Part shown: in pieces, positions 10,741 through 22,446 of the stretch | Layout: each line of letters begins with the position of its first letter | Numbering within the stretch: the first letter of the stretch is position 1 | DNA from: an uncultured Spirochaetota bacterium | GTDB lineage: Bacteria; Spirochaetota; Spirochaetia; SZUA-6; Fen-1364 | Direction: 5' to 3' | Length of the DNA: 64,000 nt | Assembly (NCBI GenBank): GCA_963733835.1 | Contig: CAVTER010000010.1 | Location: 36,404 to 100,403, forward strand | Notes under the pieces: generated by a model | What the model saw: only the letters and a program-made list of their open reading frames with translations | The model's database searches: none | Told to the model about the DNA's origin: nothing | Program-made: the position numbers and the translations under genes

Positions 10741-12600
10741 TTGACAGATCCGTCTCTACCCTCATCCCGACCTCGCGAGCCGCGAGTATCCCGACAGGCC
10801 CGGGCGTCTACATCATGAAGGACGCCGAGGGCACGACGATCTACGTCGGCAAGGCCCGAAGCCTCCGCAACACGGCTCCGCTCGTACTTCACCGGCGAGA
10901 AGGACATCAAGACCCGGTTCCTGCTTGCGAACATGGCCGACATCGAGCTGATCATCACGGCCACCGAGTACGAGGCGCTGCTGCTCGAGAACAACCTCAT
11001 CAAGCAGTGGAGGCCGAAGTACAACATCAACCTCAAGGACGGCAAGACCTACCCCGTCATCCGGATCACCGCCGAGGAGTTCCCCCGGGTGTTCCGCACC
11101 CGGCGCATCGTCTTCGACGGGTCGGAGTACTTCGGCCCCTACCCCAAGCCGCAGGCAGATCGACATGTACCTGCGCCTCATCGAGAAGTACTTCCCCCTG
11201 CGCAAGCTACCGGGGCCGCTGAAGCAGCGCGGCGTACCCCTGCCTCAACTACCACATGGGCCGGTGCAGCCGGCCCCTGCGCGGGGAAGATCGACCGCGC
11301 GAGGAGTACGCACGAGATCGTCGACGAGGTGCGCAAGCTCCTGTCGGGCAGGAGCGAGGAGCTGGTCGCGCGAGCTCGAGCGCGAAGATGCAGCGAGGCC
11401 TCGGGCAGCCTGGACTTCGAGCGGGCGGCGCGCCTGCGCGACCAGGTCGCGGCCATCGAGGAGGTCTCGGTCGAGCAGCGGGTGATGGAGTTCACGGAGG
11501 AGGACAGGGACTACGTGGCCCTCGCGGCGAGCGGCGAGGCCCTCGTGATCGTCGTGCTGCAGGTGCGCGACGGCAAGCTCCTCGGCAAGGAGGTCTTCCA
11601 GGTCTCCGAGTGGGCCCCCGACGAGGAGGCACTGTCGCACTTCATAGGCCGCTACTACGGGGAAAGGAAGAGCGTGCCCGGCCGCGGTGTACGTGTCCGT
11701 GCCCGTGGAGGAGCCGAGGCCTGGCGGCGTTCCTGAGCGGGATCGCGGGCAGGCAGGTGAGCGCTGCGCATGCCCCAGCGGGGAAAGCACGCGCGCCCTG
11801 ATCGCCATGGCGCAGGAGAACGCGCGCGAGGAGGCGGCCAAGGCGGCCCGGGGCGTCGGGAGGCCGCCCTCGCCCTCGAGGCACTGACGCGCGACCTCGG
11901 GCTGGACGGCGTCGCCGCGCAGGATCGAGGGATTCGACATCGCCCACCTCGAGGGGGAGGACACTGTCGCATCGATGGTGCGCTTCACCGACGGGCGGCC
12001 GGACCGGAAGCTGTACCGGGCCTTCACGATCCGCAGCGCTGGGCGGCAAGGTCGACGATTTCGCGTCGATCCGTGAGGCGGTGGCGCGGCGCTACACCCG
12101 GGTGCTGAACGAGGAGCTCGAGCGGCCCGACCTCATCCTGATCGACGGCGGCAAGGGGCAGCTCTCCGCGGCGGAAGGCGTCCTCTCGAGCCTCGGCTCT
12201 CGCGCGATCCCCGTGGTCGGACTGGCCAAGAAGCAGGAGGAGATCTTCCTGCCCGGGCGGAGCGAGCCCCTGGTTCTCGACGGAGGATTCGCCCGGCCTG
12301 CGGATCCTCGAGGCGGTGCGCGACGAGGCGCACAGGTTCGCCACCACGCTGAACAGGAAGAAGCGGGCAAAGCGGGTCGCCCTGACGCTGCTCGAGGGGG
12401 TGCCCGGCATCGGGGAGCGGCGGAGCAGGAAGATCATGGAGGCGTTCGGCTCTGTCGAAGCGATCCTCGGGGCGAGCCCCGAGGAGATCCAGAAGAGGAG
12501 CGGCCTGCCCCGGGTCACTGCCGCCATGCTCCTCGCCCGGCTCTCTGAACGATATAGTAGAGCAGCAGGCGAAGAAGAAGCGGGTGCAGGTCCGACCTGA
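10741..12600 (+). CDS. uvrC: Excinuclease ABC subunit C; frameshifted
   Basis: [79 protein letters not shown]. Confidence 0.93.
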
Positions 12601-13586
12601 AGGAGCGCAGCCGCTCGTCGAACCCCGCGAGGCACAGGATCACGGACTGCGTGTCGTCGGCGGTGAAGAGGCGGGAGGCATCCGCGTAGGTCTTCTGGTT
12701 CTTCTTGCTCGTGATCCGCAGCTTCGCGCACGCCTCGGTCATCTCGTAGTTGTCCGCGAGCAGGCGCTTGAGCCGGGCGAGGTTCCGGAACTGCCACAGC
12801 AGGCCGCTCGCCAGCTGCGTGGGCTCCGCCTCGCGGGAGAGCAGGATCTTCTCGAGGATCTCCTGCGACTGGCCGAGGTCCCGGGCGCGCGACGGCGGCG
12901 AAGAGGGTGAACACGTTCTCTTCCTTTGAATGGTAGATGTAGCGCTCGACGCTCTCCCTGTCGATCGAGGCGCCCGGACCGAAGAACAGGGCGAGCCTCT
13001 CGCACTCCACGCGCATGTCGCGGGTGTTGTTCTCCACCATGTCCAGGAGCTAGTCCACCGCGTCGGGATCCACGCTGATCTGCCGCTGGCGGAAGAAGCT
13101 GACGACCCAGCCCGGCTTCTGGTTGTCGAACATCTCCCAGAAGATCTTCTGGCGCTCGAACGGGACGATGCCCGCAGCCTTCTTCCGCGAGTCGCCGGCG
13201 ACCTTCCTGTTCATCTCGGAGGGGTTCTCGGAGCTCACAAGGACGAGGGTTGCGTCGGGGGCGGGGTTCTTCGCGTACTCGGCCAGGGCCGCGATCTCGT
13301 CGTCGGTCTTGACCCGGTCCGCCTCCCCGAGGATCACCAGCCGGTGGCCCGAGAACAGGCTCTGGTTGCGCAGGCAGCGCACCACCTCGGGCATCTGCGC
13401 CTCGAAGGCGTAGAACCTGTGCACCTCGGGCGGCCCGCCGTGGGCCTTCTCCAGGTCCTTCCCCAGCTGCTGCAGGAAGGTCGCCTTTTCCCCCTCCTCG
13501 GGGCCGGTGAGCAGCCACACGGAGGCGGGGGAGGCGGGCTTCGGCGGGGTGGAGCGGGGGGAGGAGCCGCGCGCGGCGGGGCTCAC
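12515..13586 (-). CDS. holA: DNA polymerase III delta subunit; indels and one in-frame TAG that is probably an error
   Basis: [51 protein letters not shown]. Confidence 0.8.
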
Positions 13587-14192
13587 TGGTAGGACCGCAT
13601 GAGGAAGGCGAGCTTGCCGAGGATGCGCACGTTCTGCGTGAAGAGCGGCGGGTACTTGGGGTTCTCGGCCTTCAGGCGCACCCGGTTCTTCTCGACGAAG
13701 AACCGCTTCAGCGTGACCGCCTCGTCGACCATGGCCACGACGATGTCGCCGTTGTCGGCCGTGCTCTGGTGCGAGACCACCACCACGTCGCCGTCCATGA
13801 TGCCGGCGTCCTTCATGCTGTCGCCCTTGACCGGCAGGGCGAAGTGCGCGCCCTCCGCCCAGCGAGGAGGCGGGCACCTGGACGTAGCCCTGGAGGTTCT
13901 CCTCGGCGAACAGGGGCTTGCCCGCGGCCACGTTGCCCAGCAGGGGCACGGAGGCCAGCGCCTCGCGGTCGGCCTCGGCGTCGCGCAGCACCTCGATGGC
14001 GCGCGAGCGCTGCCCTCGTGGCAGCGGATGTAGCCCTTCTTCTCCAGGGCCTTGACGTGGTCGTAGCTGCCCTTCACCGAGAAGCGGAAGTTCGTCGGCG
14101 ATCTCGCGGATGGTCGGCGGATAGCGGTTCGTGTGGATGAACGAGCGGATGAAGTCGAAGACTTCCCGCTGCCGCGAGGTGAGTCCCTTCAT
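13583..14192 (-). CDS. lexA: SOS repressor LexA; frameshifted
   Basis: LTSRQREVFDFI..YPPTIREIA, VPLLGNVAAGKP (Ala-Gly site), VKGDSM, VTLKRF. Confidence 0.92.
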
Positions 14193-15578
14193 GTCGTGTC
14201 GTGCTTCTCCACGCGCATCTTCAACTTCTTCATCTTGCTGTGGAGGTTGCTCGCGTACATGCCGAGCGACTCCGCCGTGCGCGAGATGTTGCCTCCGTTC
14301 TCCCGCAGCTTCGCCGCGATCAGGTCCCGCTCGAACTCGTCGCGCGCCTCCGCCAGGGTGAGCCCCTCGTACGCGGCCAGCGCGCTGTCCCCCTCGGCCC
14401 GTGCGCGCGGCGCCCAGGAAGGACTTCACCGAGGACGGCGGAGATCTCCGCCTCCTCGGTCATGATATTAACCCTCTCGACGAAGTTTTTCAATTCCCTG
14501 ATGTTGCCCGGGCCAATGGTAGGCGGAGAGGATCTTCATGCGCCTCCGCGCGAGACGGTGCGCGGCTCCTTCTCCGAGGGCCGCTTGAACTTCTCCATGA
14601 AGTACGCGCACCAGCTCGGGCAGGTCCTCGATCCGCTCGCGCAGCGGCGGCACCGTCGATGGGCACCACGTTGATGCGGAAGAACAGGTCCTCGCGGAAC
14701 TTCCCCCGGCGGATCTGCTCGCGGATGTCCTTGTTCGTGGCCGCGATGACGCGCACGTCCACCGCGATCGGCTCCTCGCCGCCGATCCGCTCGAAGCGCA
14801 TCTCCTGCAGCACGCGCAGCACCTTCGCCTGCGTGGCCAGGGACATGTCGGCGATCTCGTCGAGGAAGAGCGTGCCGCGGTCGGCCGCCTCGAACCTTCC
14901 CCGTCGCCGGGCCAGCGCGCTGGTGAAGGCGCCCTTCTCGTGGCCGAACAGCTCGCTCTCGATCAGGCTCTCGGGGATGGCGGCGCAGTTCAGCTCGACG
15001 AACGGGCCCCTCGGCCCTGCCGCTCTGGCGGTGGACCTCGCGCGCCACCAGCTCCTTGCCCGTGCCGTTCTCGCCGAGGATGAGGATGCGCGAGTCGGAG
15101 CCGGCTGCCTGGGCGATGAGCTCGCGCACCTGCTGCATGCCCGGGGCTGCCGCCGACCATCTTGTCCTCGATGAACAGGCTGTCGCGCAGGCTCCTGTTC
15201 TCCCGGCGCAGGTCCTCGAGGGCCAGCGCGTTGCGCACCACGGTCATGGTCCGGTCGAGGGACAGGGGCTTCTCCAGGAAGTCGAAGGCGCCCATCTTCA
15301 CCGCCTGCACGGCCAGGGAGATGTTGGCGTGACCCGAGATCATGATCACCACCGACGTCGGGGTAGCTCCTCGCGGAGCTTCTTCAGACACGTCGATGCC
15401 GCCCATGTGGGGCAGCCACACGTCGAGGAACACGAGGTCGACGCGGCGCGGCGGCGAGCTCGGCGAGCCCCGCGATGCCGTCCTCGGCCGCGAGGACCGT
15501 GTAGCCCTCGTCCTCCAGCACGTCGCGCAGCACCGTGCGGATGCCCGGCTCGTCGTCGATGATGAGGATGGTGCTCAT
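14189..15578 (-). CDS. Sigma-54-dependent response regulator (NtrX/NtrC family); frameshifted
   Basis: [56 protein letters not shown]. Confidence 0.9.
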
Positions 15579-17393
15579 GGCGCGCGCCTCCGTCAGGGGA
15601 CCCCGCGGGCAGGTCGATGAAGAACGTCGTGCCCGCGCGCCCGTCGCTCTCGACCCAGACGTTGCCCTTGTGGTCGAAGACGATCCTCTGCACGATGGCC
15701 AGGCCCAGGCCCGTGCCGTCCTTCTTCGTGGTGAAGTAGGGGTCGAAGATCGCGGTCCCTGTCCTTCTCGTCGATGCCCGGCCCGTGTCGCTCACGGCGA
15801 TGCGGTGCCAGGAGGCTTCGCCTTCCTCACCGTGTCGGCCCGCACGCCGAGCACGCCCGCCGGCGGGCATGGCCTGGATCGCGTTCTTGAAGAGGTTGGC
15901 GAAGACCTGGCGGATCTGGCCCGGGTCGGCGGCCAGGGAGAGGGTGCGCGGGCACCTCGTCCAGGTCGATGCGCACGGTCCCGCTCATGTGGTTGTAGGT
16001 GGAGGCCACCTCCTGCAGGAGCTCGCGCAGGCTGACCGGCGCGGGCTGCGGGTCGGGCAGCTTTGCGAACTCGCTGAACTCGCCGCAGGAGCTTCTCCAG
16101 GCCCTCGACCTCCCGGATGATCGCGGCCGTCGACGAGAACAGGACCCTCCCGAACTCCATTGCCGCGGGGCCCTCGGCGTCGGGGGCCTGCGTCTCGCTG
16201 TGCTTCTTGAGGATGCGCTGGGCCGAGAGCTTGATCGGGGTGAGCGGGTTCCTGATCTCGTGGGCCAGGCGCTGGGCGATCTCCTGCCAGGCCGTGATGC
16301 GTTCGGCCTGCAGGAGCTTGCGCCGCGAGCGCTCCAGCTCCGAGACCATCGAGTTGAAGGAGTCCACGAGGGCGGCGAACTCGTCGCGCGGGCGGGTGAG
16401 GATGCGGAAGCTGAAGTCGCCCTCGGCGACCCTGCGCGTGGCGTCCTCCAGGTGCACGAGGGGGCTGATCAGCCTGTCGGTGAGCAGGATGCTCACGAGG
16501 ATGGTGATGAAGAAGATGGGCATGCTGAACAGGAAGAAGAAGGCCACCAGCACGATCTGGAAGAGCGGCGCGGTAGCGGTCGACCTGGTTGAAGGTGGTG
16601 AGGCTCTCGGTGATCCGCCGCGCGCTCCTGTCCAGCTCCTTGGACACCAGCGAGCTGTACACGGCGACCAGGGGCCTGCCGCCGGCGGGGATCGTCGTCA
16701 CGTTGCGCAGGACGCTCACATCGCCCCTGTCGTCCCGGGGCTGCAGGCCGGGGCTCGCCGCGAGGGCCGCGGCCCCGGACAGGCGCGCCCGCGGGTCGCC
16801 GCGGAAGGCGACCTCGCGGCCGTCGGGGGCGAACAGCTGCACCGCCCCGATGCCCGGCGTTGACCCCCCGGATCGCCCGCCACGCCCTCTCGGGGTCGGT
16901 GGCGAGGCGAGCCGCCAGCTCCGCCGCGGTGGGGCTGTCGGCGAAGGACTGGATGTTCGCCACCTTCTCCTGGAGGTAGTCGATGGAGATGCGCGAGGCT
17001 CCGCGCAGCGCCTCCCCGATCGACGCGCTGAACCAGGTGCCCATGGCGGAGTTGATGAAGGTGACGCCGAGCAGGATCTGTGGTCCCGCCGACAGCACGG
17101 CGACCAGGCCGAAGTACACGGTGAGGCGGAGCTTGAGCGCCGCCCCGGCAACCCGCGTGGCCCTCTGGCGAAGGAGGCGCACGACCTGGACGGCCGCGAC
17201 GCCGAAGAGCACCAGCGGGAATGCCACCGCCACCGCGAGCGCCAGTGTATTGGCGGTCGGGGAGGCACGGGCGATGTTGCCGATGAGCTGGCGCGAGAAG
17301 CCCAGGATCACCCCGATCAGGATGACGTAGAGCAGAAGGAGCACGAGAAGGCCGCGCGAGGTGCTGTCGGCCGGCGCGGGACGCCGGCTCCAC
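15575..17393 (-). CDS. Membrane HAMP sensor histidine kinase (NtrY-like); frameshifted
   Basis: TM segments, HAMP, AWQEIAQRLAHEIRNPLTPI, FDPYFTTKKDGTGLGL. Confidence 0.88.
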
Positions 17394-17940
17394 CGGGGGA
17401 TCTCCGCGCGGACCCAGGGGGTGGTGACCCGCCCCCCTGCGCCGGCGAGCGTCACGATGGTGAGGGGGGGCATGAGCCGGACAGGGTCGAACTGGACCTG
17501 CGCGGCGGCGTAGCAGTGCCCTGCCTGGCCGGGCCGCAGGAGGAGCAGCGCCCCGCTGCGGACGGTGAAGAACTCCCGCAGGGCGTCGTCGAGGACGCCG
17601 AAGGAGGCGCGGCCGCCGTCGGACTGTTCCACCACCCAGTCGGCGTCGAGGAAGCTGTAGTAGACCGCGCGCGTGACCGTCCTCTCGGCAAGGAGCCGGT
17701 CGCCCAGCAGCGCGCGCAGCCCGGGGGCCTTCTCGAAGACGCGCAGCGTGAAGATGATGCGGGACTCCAGCCCCTCCCGCAGCGTCGAGGCCAGCTCGTC
17801 CCCGCGGTCCCAGTGGAAGACCGCCCGCGCCCGCACCACGACGTCGTCGTTCTCGACGAGGAGGGAAAGGCCCTGCGCCCGCGCCGCGGCGGCCGGGGCG
17901 AGCAGGGCGAGAAGGGCGAGGACGGGAAGGAGGCGGGGCC
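17390..17940 (-). CDS. DUF4390-like exported protein typically upstream of ntrY; start uncertain
   Basis: Signal peptide, TLREGLESRIIFTLRVF, RLMPPL; position upstream of the NtrY-like kinase. Confidence 0.6.
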
Positions 17941-18206
17941 TACTCCTCCTCGAAGCGGTTCTCGAAGAGCTTTTCCAGGGCATCAAGGGCCTGCACCTCG
18001 TCGGGGCCGTCGGCGATCAGCGTGAGCTTCGTGTTGTAGGTCGCCCCCAGTGTGATGACCCCCATGATGGACTTGCCGTTCACCTTCTCGCTCCCGTTCT
18101 CGATGAAGAGGTGGGAGCTGAAGGCGCTGGCTGTCTTCACCAGGAGCGCCGCGGGACGGGCGTGCATCCCCGCGCGGTTTCGGATCGTGACGACTCGTTG
18201 GACCAT
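17940..18206 (-). CDS. ptsH: Phosphocarrier protein HPr
   Basis: GMHARPAA (His15), KSIMGV (Ser46). Confidence 0.95.
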   Translation of the reverse strand: MVQRVVTIRNRAGMHARPAALLVKTASAFSSHLFIENGSEKVNGKSIMGVITLGATYNTKLTLIADGPDEVQALDALEKLFENRFEEE

Positions 18207-18212
18207 CCCGCC

Positions 18213-19199
18213 TCATTTCTCGTTCAGGAAGATTTCCCGGGTGCTCTCGGTCTCCAGCCAGTTCATCACGTTCCTGTTGAACTCCTTCGCCGAGTAGAAC
18301 CCCATCTTCTTCAGCCGCTCGTTGCGTGCCGCCGTCTCGATGATGACCGGGACGTTCCTCCCGGGCTTGATGGGCACCGTCACCAGGGGCACGTGCACGC
18401 CGAGGATGTCCACGGTGTTCTCCTCGGCCCCGATCCTGTCGTAGTTCTTCTCCGCGTCCCACGCCTCCAGCTGCACCACCAGCTGGATCTGCTTCCTGTC
18501 CCGGATGGCTCCCACGCCGAACAGGTGCGTGATGTTGATGATTCCCAGGCCGCGGATCTCCATGTGGTGGCTCACGACCTGGGCCCCGGTTCCCAGCAGG
18601 ATGTTGCCGCTCACCCGGCGGATCTCCACCGCGTCGTCGGCGATGAGCCTGTGCCCCCTCTCGATCAGCGACAGGGCGCTCTCGCTCTTTCCCACCCCGC
18701 TGTCGCCCTGCAGGAGCACGCCGATGCCGAACACCTCCACCAGGGTGCCGTGCACCGTCTGCTTGGGCGCGTAGATGGTGGACAGGACACGCAGGATGCG
18801 CATCGTGAACTCGGAGGACGACAGGCTGGTCTGCAGCAGCGGGCAGCCCGCCTTCTCCGCGATGGCGAGGAAGTCCGCGGTGGGCTCCTGGGAGTGGGTG
18901 AACACGCAGCAGGGGATGGCGTACGTGAACAGGGTCTCCAGGGCCCCCGTCCTCTTCTCCGCTGCCAGCTTCTGCAGGAAGGCGTTCTCGCCCCTGCCGA
19001 AGATCTGGATGCGCTGCCAGGCGAAGTTCTCGTAGAACCCTCCCAGCTCGAGGCCCGGCCTGTTGATCTCTGTCACGGCGATCTCGCGCACCAGGCCGGG
19101 CCGGCCGGCGATGCAGGTGAGGTCGAGGGCGTCGTTTTCCTTCAGGTCGAGCTGCAGGAGATCGAGGACGCGGAACTTGTCGCGGGTGTCCCTCGCCAC
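18213..19199 (-). CDS. hprK: HPr kinase/phosphorylase
   Basis: INRPGLEL, GDSGVGKSE, LIADD, HMEIRGLGII, PGRN. Confidence 0.96.
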   Translation of the reverse strand: MARDTRDKFRVLDLLQLDLKENDALDLTCIAGRPGLVREIAVTEINRPGLELGGFYENFAWQRIQIFGRGENAFLQKLAAEKRTGALETLFTYAIPCCVFTHSQEPTADFLAIAEKAGCPLLQTSLSSSEFTMRILRVLSTIYAPKQTVHGTLVEVFGIGVLLQGDSGVGKSESALSLIERGHRLIADDAVEIRRVSGNILLGTGAQVVSHHMEIRGLGIINITHLFGVGAIRDRKQIQLVVQLEAWDAEKNYDRIGAEENTVDILGVHVPLVTVPIKPGRNVPVIIETAARNERLKKMGFYSAKEFNRNVMNWLETESTREIFLNEK

Positions 19200-19205
19200 G
19201 GCTGC

Positions 19206-19529
19206 CTACTCTTCCCCGCCCCGCTCCGTCTCCTTGCGGCGGTGCTCCTGCACGCGGGATTTCTCCTTCTCCACCATCGGCTCCAGCCTGTCGAACAGGT
19301 CGTCCACCCCCTTGAGCAGGTCGAAGGCCTTCACCCCGATGTGTCGGGACTTGCCCCAGCGGAAGTTCACGGTGGCGTCCAGCGCGAAGCGCCGCTTCTC
19401 CCTGGTCAGGGTCAGCAGGAGGTCGACCATGAGGTCCTTCGCGAAGTCAAGCCGCGGCAGCTTGTCGTCGATGTACTCGCGCGTTTTCTGGTCGACATCG
19501 AAGTGAACGCCCTTCAGCTCAAAGTTCAT
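19206..19529 (-). CDS. hpf: Ribosome hibernation promoting factor (HPF/RaiA)
   Basis: MNFELKGVHFDVDQKTREYIDDKL; directly downstream of rpoN. Confidence 0.8.
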   Translation of the reverse strand: MNFELKGVHFDVDQKTREYIDDKLPRLDFAKDLMVDLLLTLTREKRRFALDATVNFRWGKSRHIGVKAFDLLKGVDDLFDRLEPMVEKEKSRVQEHRRKETERGGEE

Positions 19530-20923
19530 GTCCGCCTCCTCTGGTAGGATGATTCGATGGCCAGCTCGCCCCGGTACTTGGCGACCGTCCTGCGGGCGAG
19601 CCGGATCCCCCGCGCGGCAAGGATCTCGACGATCTTCTGGTCGGACAGCCCGGTCCCCGTCGTTCCCCCGCCGCCCTCCGCGCCGATGATTTCCCGTATC
19701 GTTTCCTTGACTCCCTCCTTGGAGAACCGCGAGCCGCCCGATCCCGAGCCCGCGATGGAATTGGAGAAGAAGTGCTTGAGGGCGAAGATGCCGAACTCCG
19801 TCTGGACGTGCTTGGCCGAGGTGATGCGCGACACGGTGGCCTCGTGCACGCCGACTTCCCCCGCGATGTCCTTCAGCGTGAGGGGCCGCAGGTACTTGGG
19901 CCCGCGCAGGAAGAACTCCCGCTGGAACTCCACGATCGCCCGGGCGACCTTCAGCAGCGTGATGTTCCTCTGGCCGACTGTGCGGATGAACCAGCGGGCC
20001 TCCTGGAGGTTCTCGCGCGCGAAGGCGCGCGCCTTCGGGTCCGCGGATTTCTCCTTCGCGATCTTCTCGAACAGCGGGTTCACTCCCAGCACGGGGATCA
20101 TCTCGTCGTTGAGCAGGATCGTGAACTCCCCGTCCCGCATGACCACCTGCAGGTCGGGGACCACGTAGCGGGCCACGTCGCGCGAGATGCTGCGGCCCGG
20201 CATCGGATCGAGGGTGCGCAGGAACGCGATCACCTCGCGCAGCTCCGTCTCGGAGATCTTCAGCGCCTTCTCCACCTCGCGCAGCTTCTGCTTCTCCAGC
20301 GCCTCCAGGTGCTCCCCGACCGCCTCGGCAGCCCGGGGGTGGGGATCGGGGTGCAGGCTGATCTGCACGAGCAGACTCTCGCGCACGTCGGCGGTGCACG
20401 TGCCCTGGGGGTCGAAGCCCTGGATCAGGGCCATCACCTTCGGCAGGAGCTCGGCGTGGCCTGCTTCCTTCAGCAGCAGCGGGGGCGGCTCGCGGTGAAA
20501 GCCGTTGTCGTCGAGGTTGCGGATCAGCAGCTCGCCGACCGTCCGCCACTCCTCGGGGATGGGCTGGAGGGCGAGCTGCCACAGGAGGTGGTCCTGCAGG
20601 CTCTCGGCCTGCGACAGGGCCCCCTCCATGAACTGCTGCTTCGCGTCGCTCGCCTCCTGGCCGGCAGCCCGGGAGTAGCCGGTGTCCGAGGAGTGATCGA
20701 AGTAGTCCCCCTCGTCGACCCCCTTCTCCCGCTCGGGCATGGATTCCAGCGAGATCGTGGACCGGTCCTCGTCGACCTGGAGGGCGGGGTTCTTTTCCAG
20801 CTCCTCCTCGATCGTCGTCTTGAGGTCCTGCAGCGGGAGGGCCATGAGCCGCACAGCCTGGAAGAGCTGGGGACTCATCTTGAGCTTCTGGACCTGTTTC
20901 AGCACCGGGCGCTGGGTCTGCAC
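19526..20923 (-). CDS. rpoN: RNA polymerase sigma-54 factor
   Basis: Gln/Leu-rich region I, NPAL, HEATVSR, RpoN box ARRTVAKYR. Confidence 0.96.
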   Translation of the reverse strand: MQTQRPVLKQVQKLKMSPQLFQAVRLMALPLQDLKTTIEEELEKNPALQVDEDRSTISLESMPEREKGVDEGDYFDHSSDTGYSRAAGQEASDAKQQFMEGALSQAESLQDHLLWQLALQPIPEEWRTVGELLIRNLDDNGFHREPPPLLLKEAGHAELLPKVMALIQGFDPQGTCTADVRESLLVQISLHPDPHPRAAEAVGEHLEALEKQKLREVEKALKISETELREVIAFLRTLDPMPGRSISRDVARYVVPDLQVVMRDGEFTILLNDEMIPVLGVNPLFEKIAKEKSADPKARAFARENLQEARWFIRTVGQRNITLLKVARAIVEFQREFFLRGPKYLRPLTLKDIAGEVGVHEATVSRITSAKHVQTEFGIFALKHFFSNSIAGSGSGGSRFSKEGVKETIREIIGAEGGGGTTGTGLSDQKIVEILAARGIRLARRTVAKYRGELAIESSYQRRRT

Positions 20924-20968
20924 GCAACCTCCGTGCCAATTGTGAGCCGGGGCCGCGGTTCTTGTCAA
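20924..20968 (-). promoter_or_regulatory. Sigma-70 promoter (TTGACA-18-CACAAT) abutting a sigma-54 -24/-12 site (TGGCAC-GGAGG-TTGC) that contains the rpoN RBS
   Basis: Minus strand: TTGACA 20968-20963, CACAAT 20944-20939, TGGCACGGAGGTTGC 20938-20924, then GTG start. Confidence 0.7.
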
Positions 20969-21020
20969 CGCAGGCCTGTCAATCGGCGCTTTTTCGGCCT
21001 CCCGGGGCCGCGCGGGACCG

Positions 21021-21757
21021 TCAGATCGTGAATTCCGCTGCCCAAGTAGAACTTGCGGGCCAGCTCGCTCGCCAGGATCTCCTCCCGGGCGCCGCTCACG
21101 AGGATCTCGCCGAGGTTGATGATATGCGAGCGGTGGGTGATCTCCAGGGTATCGCGCACGTTGTGGTCCGTGATGAGCACGCCGATATCCTGGCGGGACA
21201 GCTCCTGCACGATGCCCTTCAGCTCCGAGACGGTGATGGGGTCGATTCCGGCGAACGGCTCGTCCAGCAGGAGGAACTTCGGATCGATGGCCAGCGACCG
21301 GGCGATCTCGGTGCGCCGCCGTTCCCCGCCCGAGAGGGTGTAGGCGGGCTGCCTGCGCAGGTGCGCGATGCCCAGCTCGTCCAGCAGGCGGTCCAGGAGC
21401 AGTCCCTTCTCCCTGCGGGTGAGGGTCGGCCGGGTCTCGATGATCGCGGCGACGTTGCCCTCGACGGTGAGCTTGCGGAACACGGAGGGCTCCTGCGGGA
21501 GGTAGGAGATGCCCAGGCGGGCCCTCTTGTACATGGGGAGGCCCGACACGTCCTTCCCGTCGAGGTAGATCTTGCCCGGAGGTGGGCCGGATGAAGCCCA
21601 CCACCATGTAGAAGACGGTGGTCTTGCCCGCGCCGTTGGGCCCCAGCAGGCCGACCACCTCGCCGCTTTCCATGGTGAAGGTCACCTGGCGGACGGCGGT
21701 CTTCCTGCCGAAGCTCTTCACCAGGCCGTCGAGGACCAGGGTTCCCTTACTGGCCAC
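21021..21757 (-). CDS. lptB: LPS export ABC transporter ATP-binding protein; two indels, true end probably FYLGSEFTI*
   Basis: GPNGAGKTT, YLPQEPSVFRKLTV, LSGGERRR, LDEPFAGIDP, ITDHNVR. Confidence 0.93.
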
Positions 21758-22446
21758 CGCCGCCCCCCGCCGTCTCCCCTTCGGGAGCCGGCGCCTGCTC
21801 CGTCCTGCTGCCCCTCGTCGTCCGGGGTCTCGAGCGATCCCTTCACCTCGCCCTCGAAGGTCATCTCCTCGGTGTCGAGGTCCACGACGATGCGCGCCGC
21901 CTGGTAGGTGTCGCCCCTGCGCGTGACGACCGGCATTCCCGACAGCTCCAGCACCTTGCGCTCGCGCCAGTACCTGGCGAACTCGGCCCTGCACACGAGG
22001 TCCTTCTTGAGGATGCGCACCCCGATCTGCACGACGGTGAGCCCCTCGCTGTCCCGGTCCTCCATGAAGCCGCCCTTGACCACCATCTCGTTCTTCAGGT
22101 CGGACATGACGGCGCTGCCCGTGACACGGGCGATCTTGTCCCTGCGGTTGTAGAACAGCTCGCTCGAGGTGAGCTCGATCCCCCGCTTCGCGTCCACCAT
22201 GTGCACGGACCCCCTGCACAGGGCGTAGATGAAGTCCTTGCCGAACAGCTCGATCTCCGAGGCCGTGATCCGCATGTCTTCCGTCTCGACGCGGGCGTTC
22301 CCCCGCAGGACGGCGTGCTCGCTGCCCGCCGCGAGGGAGGTGCTCATCGAGTCCCCCGCGTAGGTGAAGGTGTCGGCAGGGAGGGGGAGCGCGGCAAGGA
22401 GCGCGCACAGGGCCGGCAGGATGAGCCTACTCGCCGTCCTGCTCAT
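21718..22446 (-). CDS. lptA: LptA/OstA family LPS transport periplasmic protein
   Basis: Signal peptide, beta-jellyroll-like pattern (LRGNARV, ELSGMPVV), located between lptC and lptB. Confidence 0.75.
   Translation of the reverse strand: MSRTASRLILPALCALLAALPLPADTFTYAGDSMSTSLAAGSEHAVLRGNARVETEDMRITASEIELFGKDFIYALCRGSVHMVDAKRGIELTSSELFYNRRDKIARVTGSAVMSDLKNEMVVKGGFMEDRDSEGLTVVQIGVRILKKDLVCRAEFARYWRERKVLELSGMPVVTRRGDTYQAARIVVDLDTEEMTFEGEVKGSLETPDDEGQQDGAGAGSRRGDGGGRRWPVREPWSSTAW

Noticed and set aside
13050-13052. In-frame TAG in holA (possible readthrough or recoding)
   Set aside because: Most simply a TAC miscall (AVDYLLDM) in an error-rich region; TAG is used as a normal stop elsewhere in the window
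16493-17986. Apparent DUF4390-NtrY fusion
   Set aside because: Removing one G at about 17390 gives a GTGA stop/start overlap, so this is likely an indel artefact
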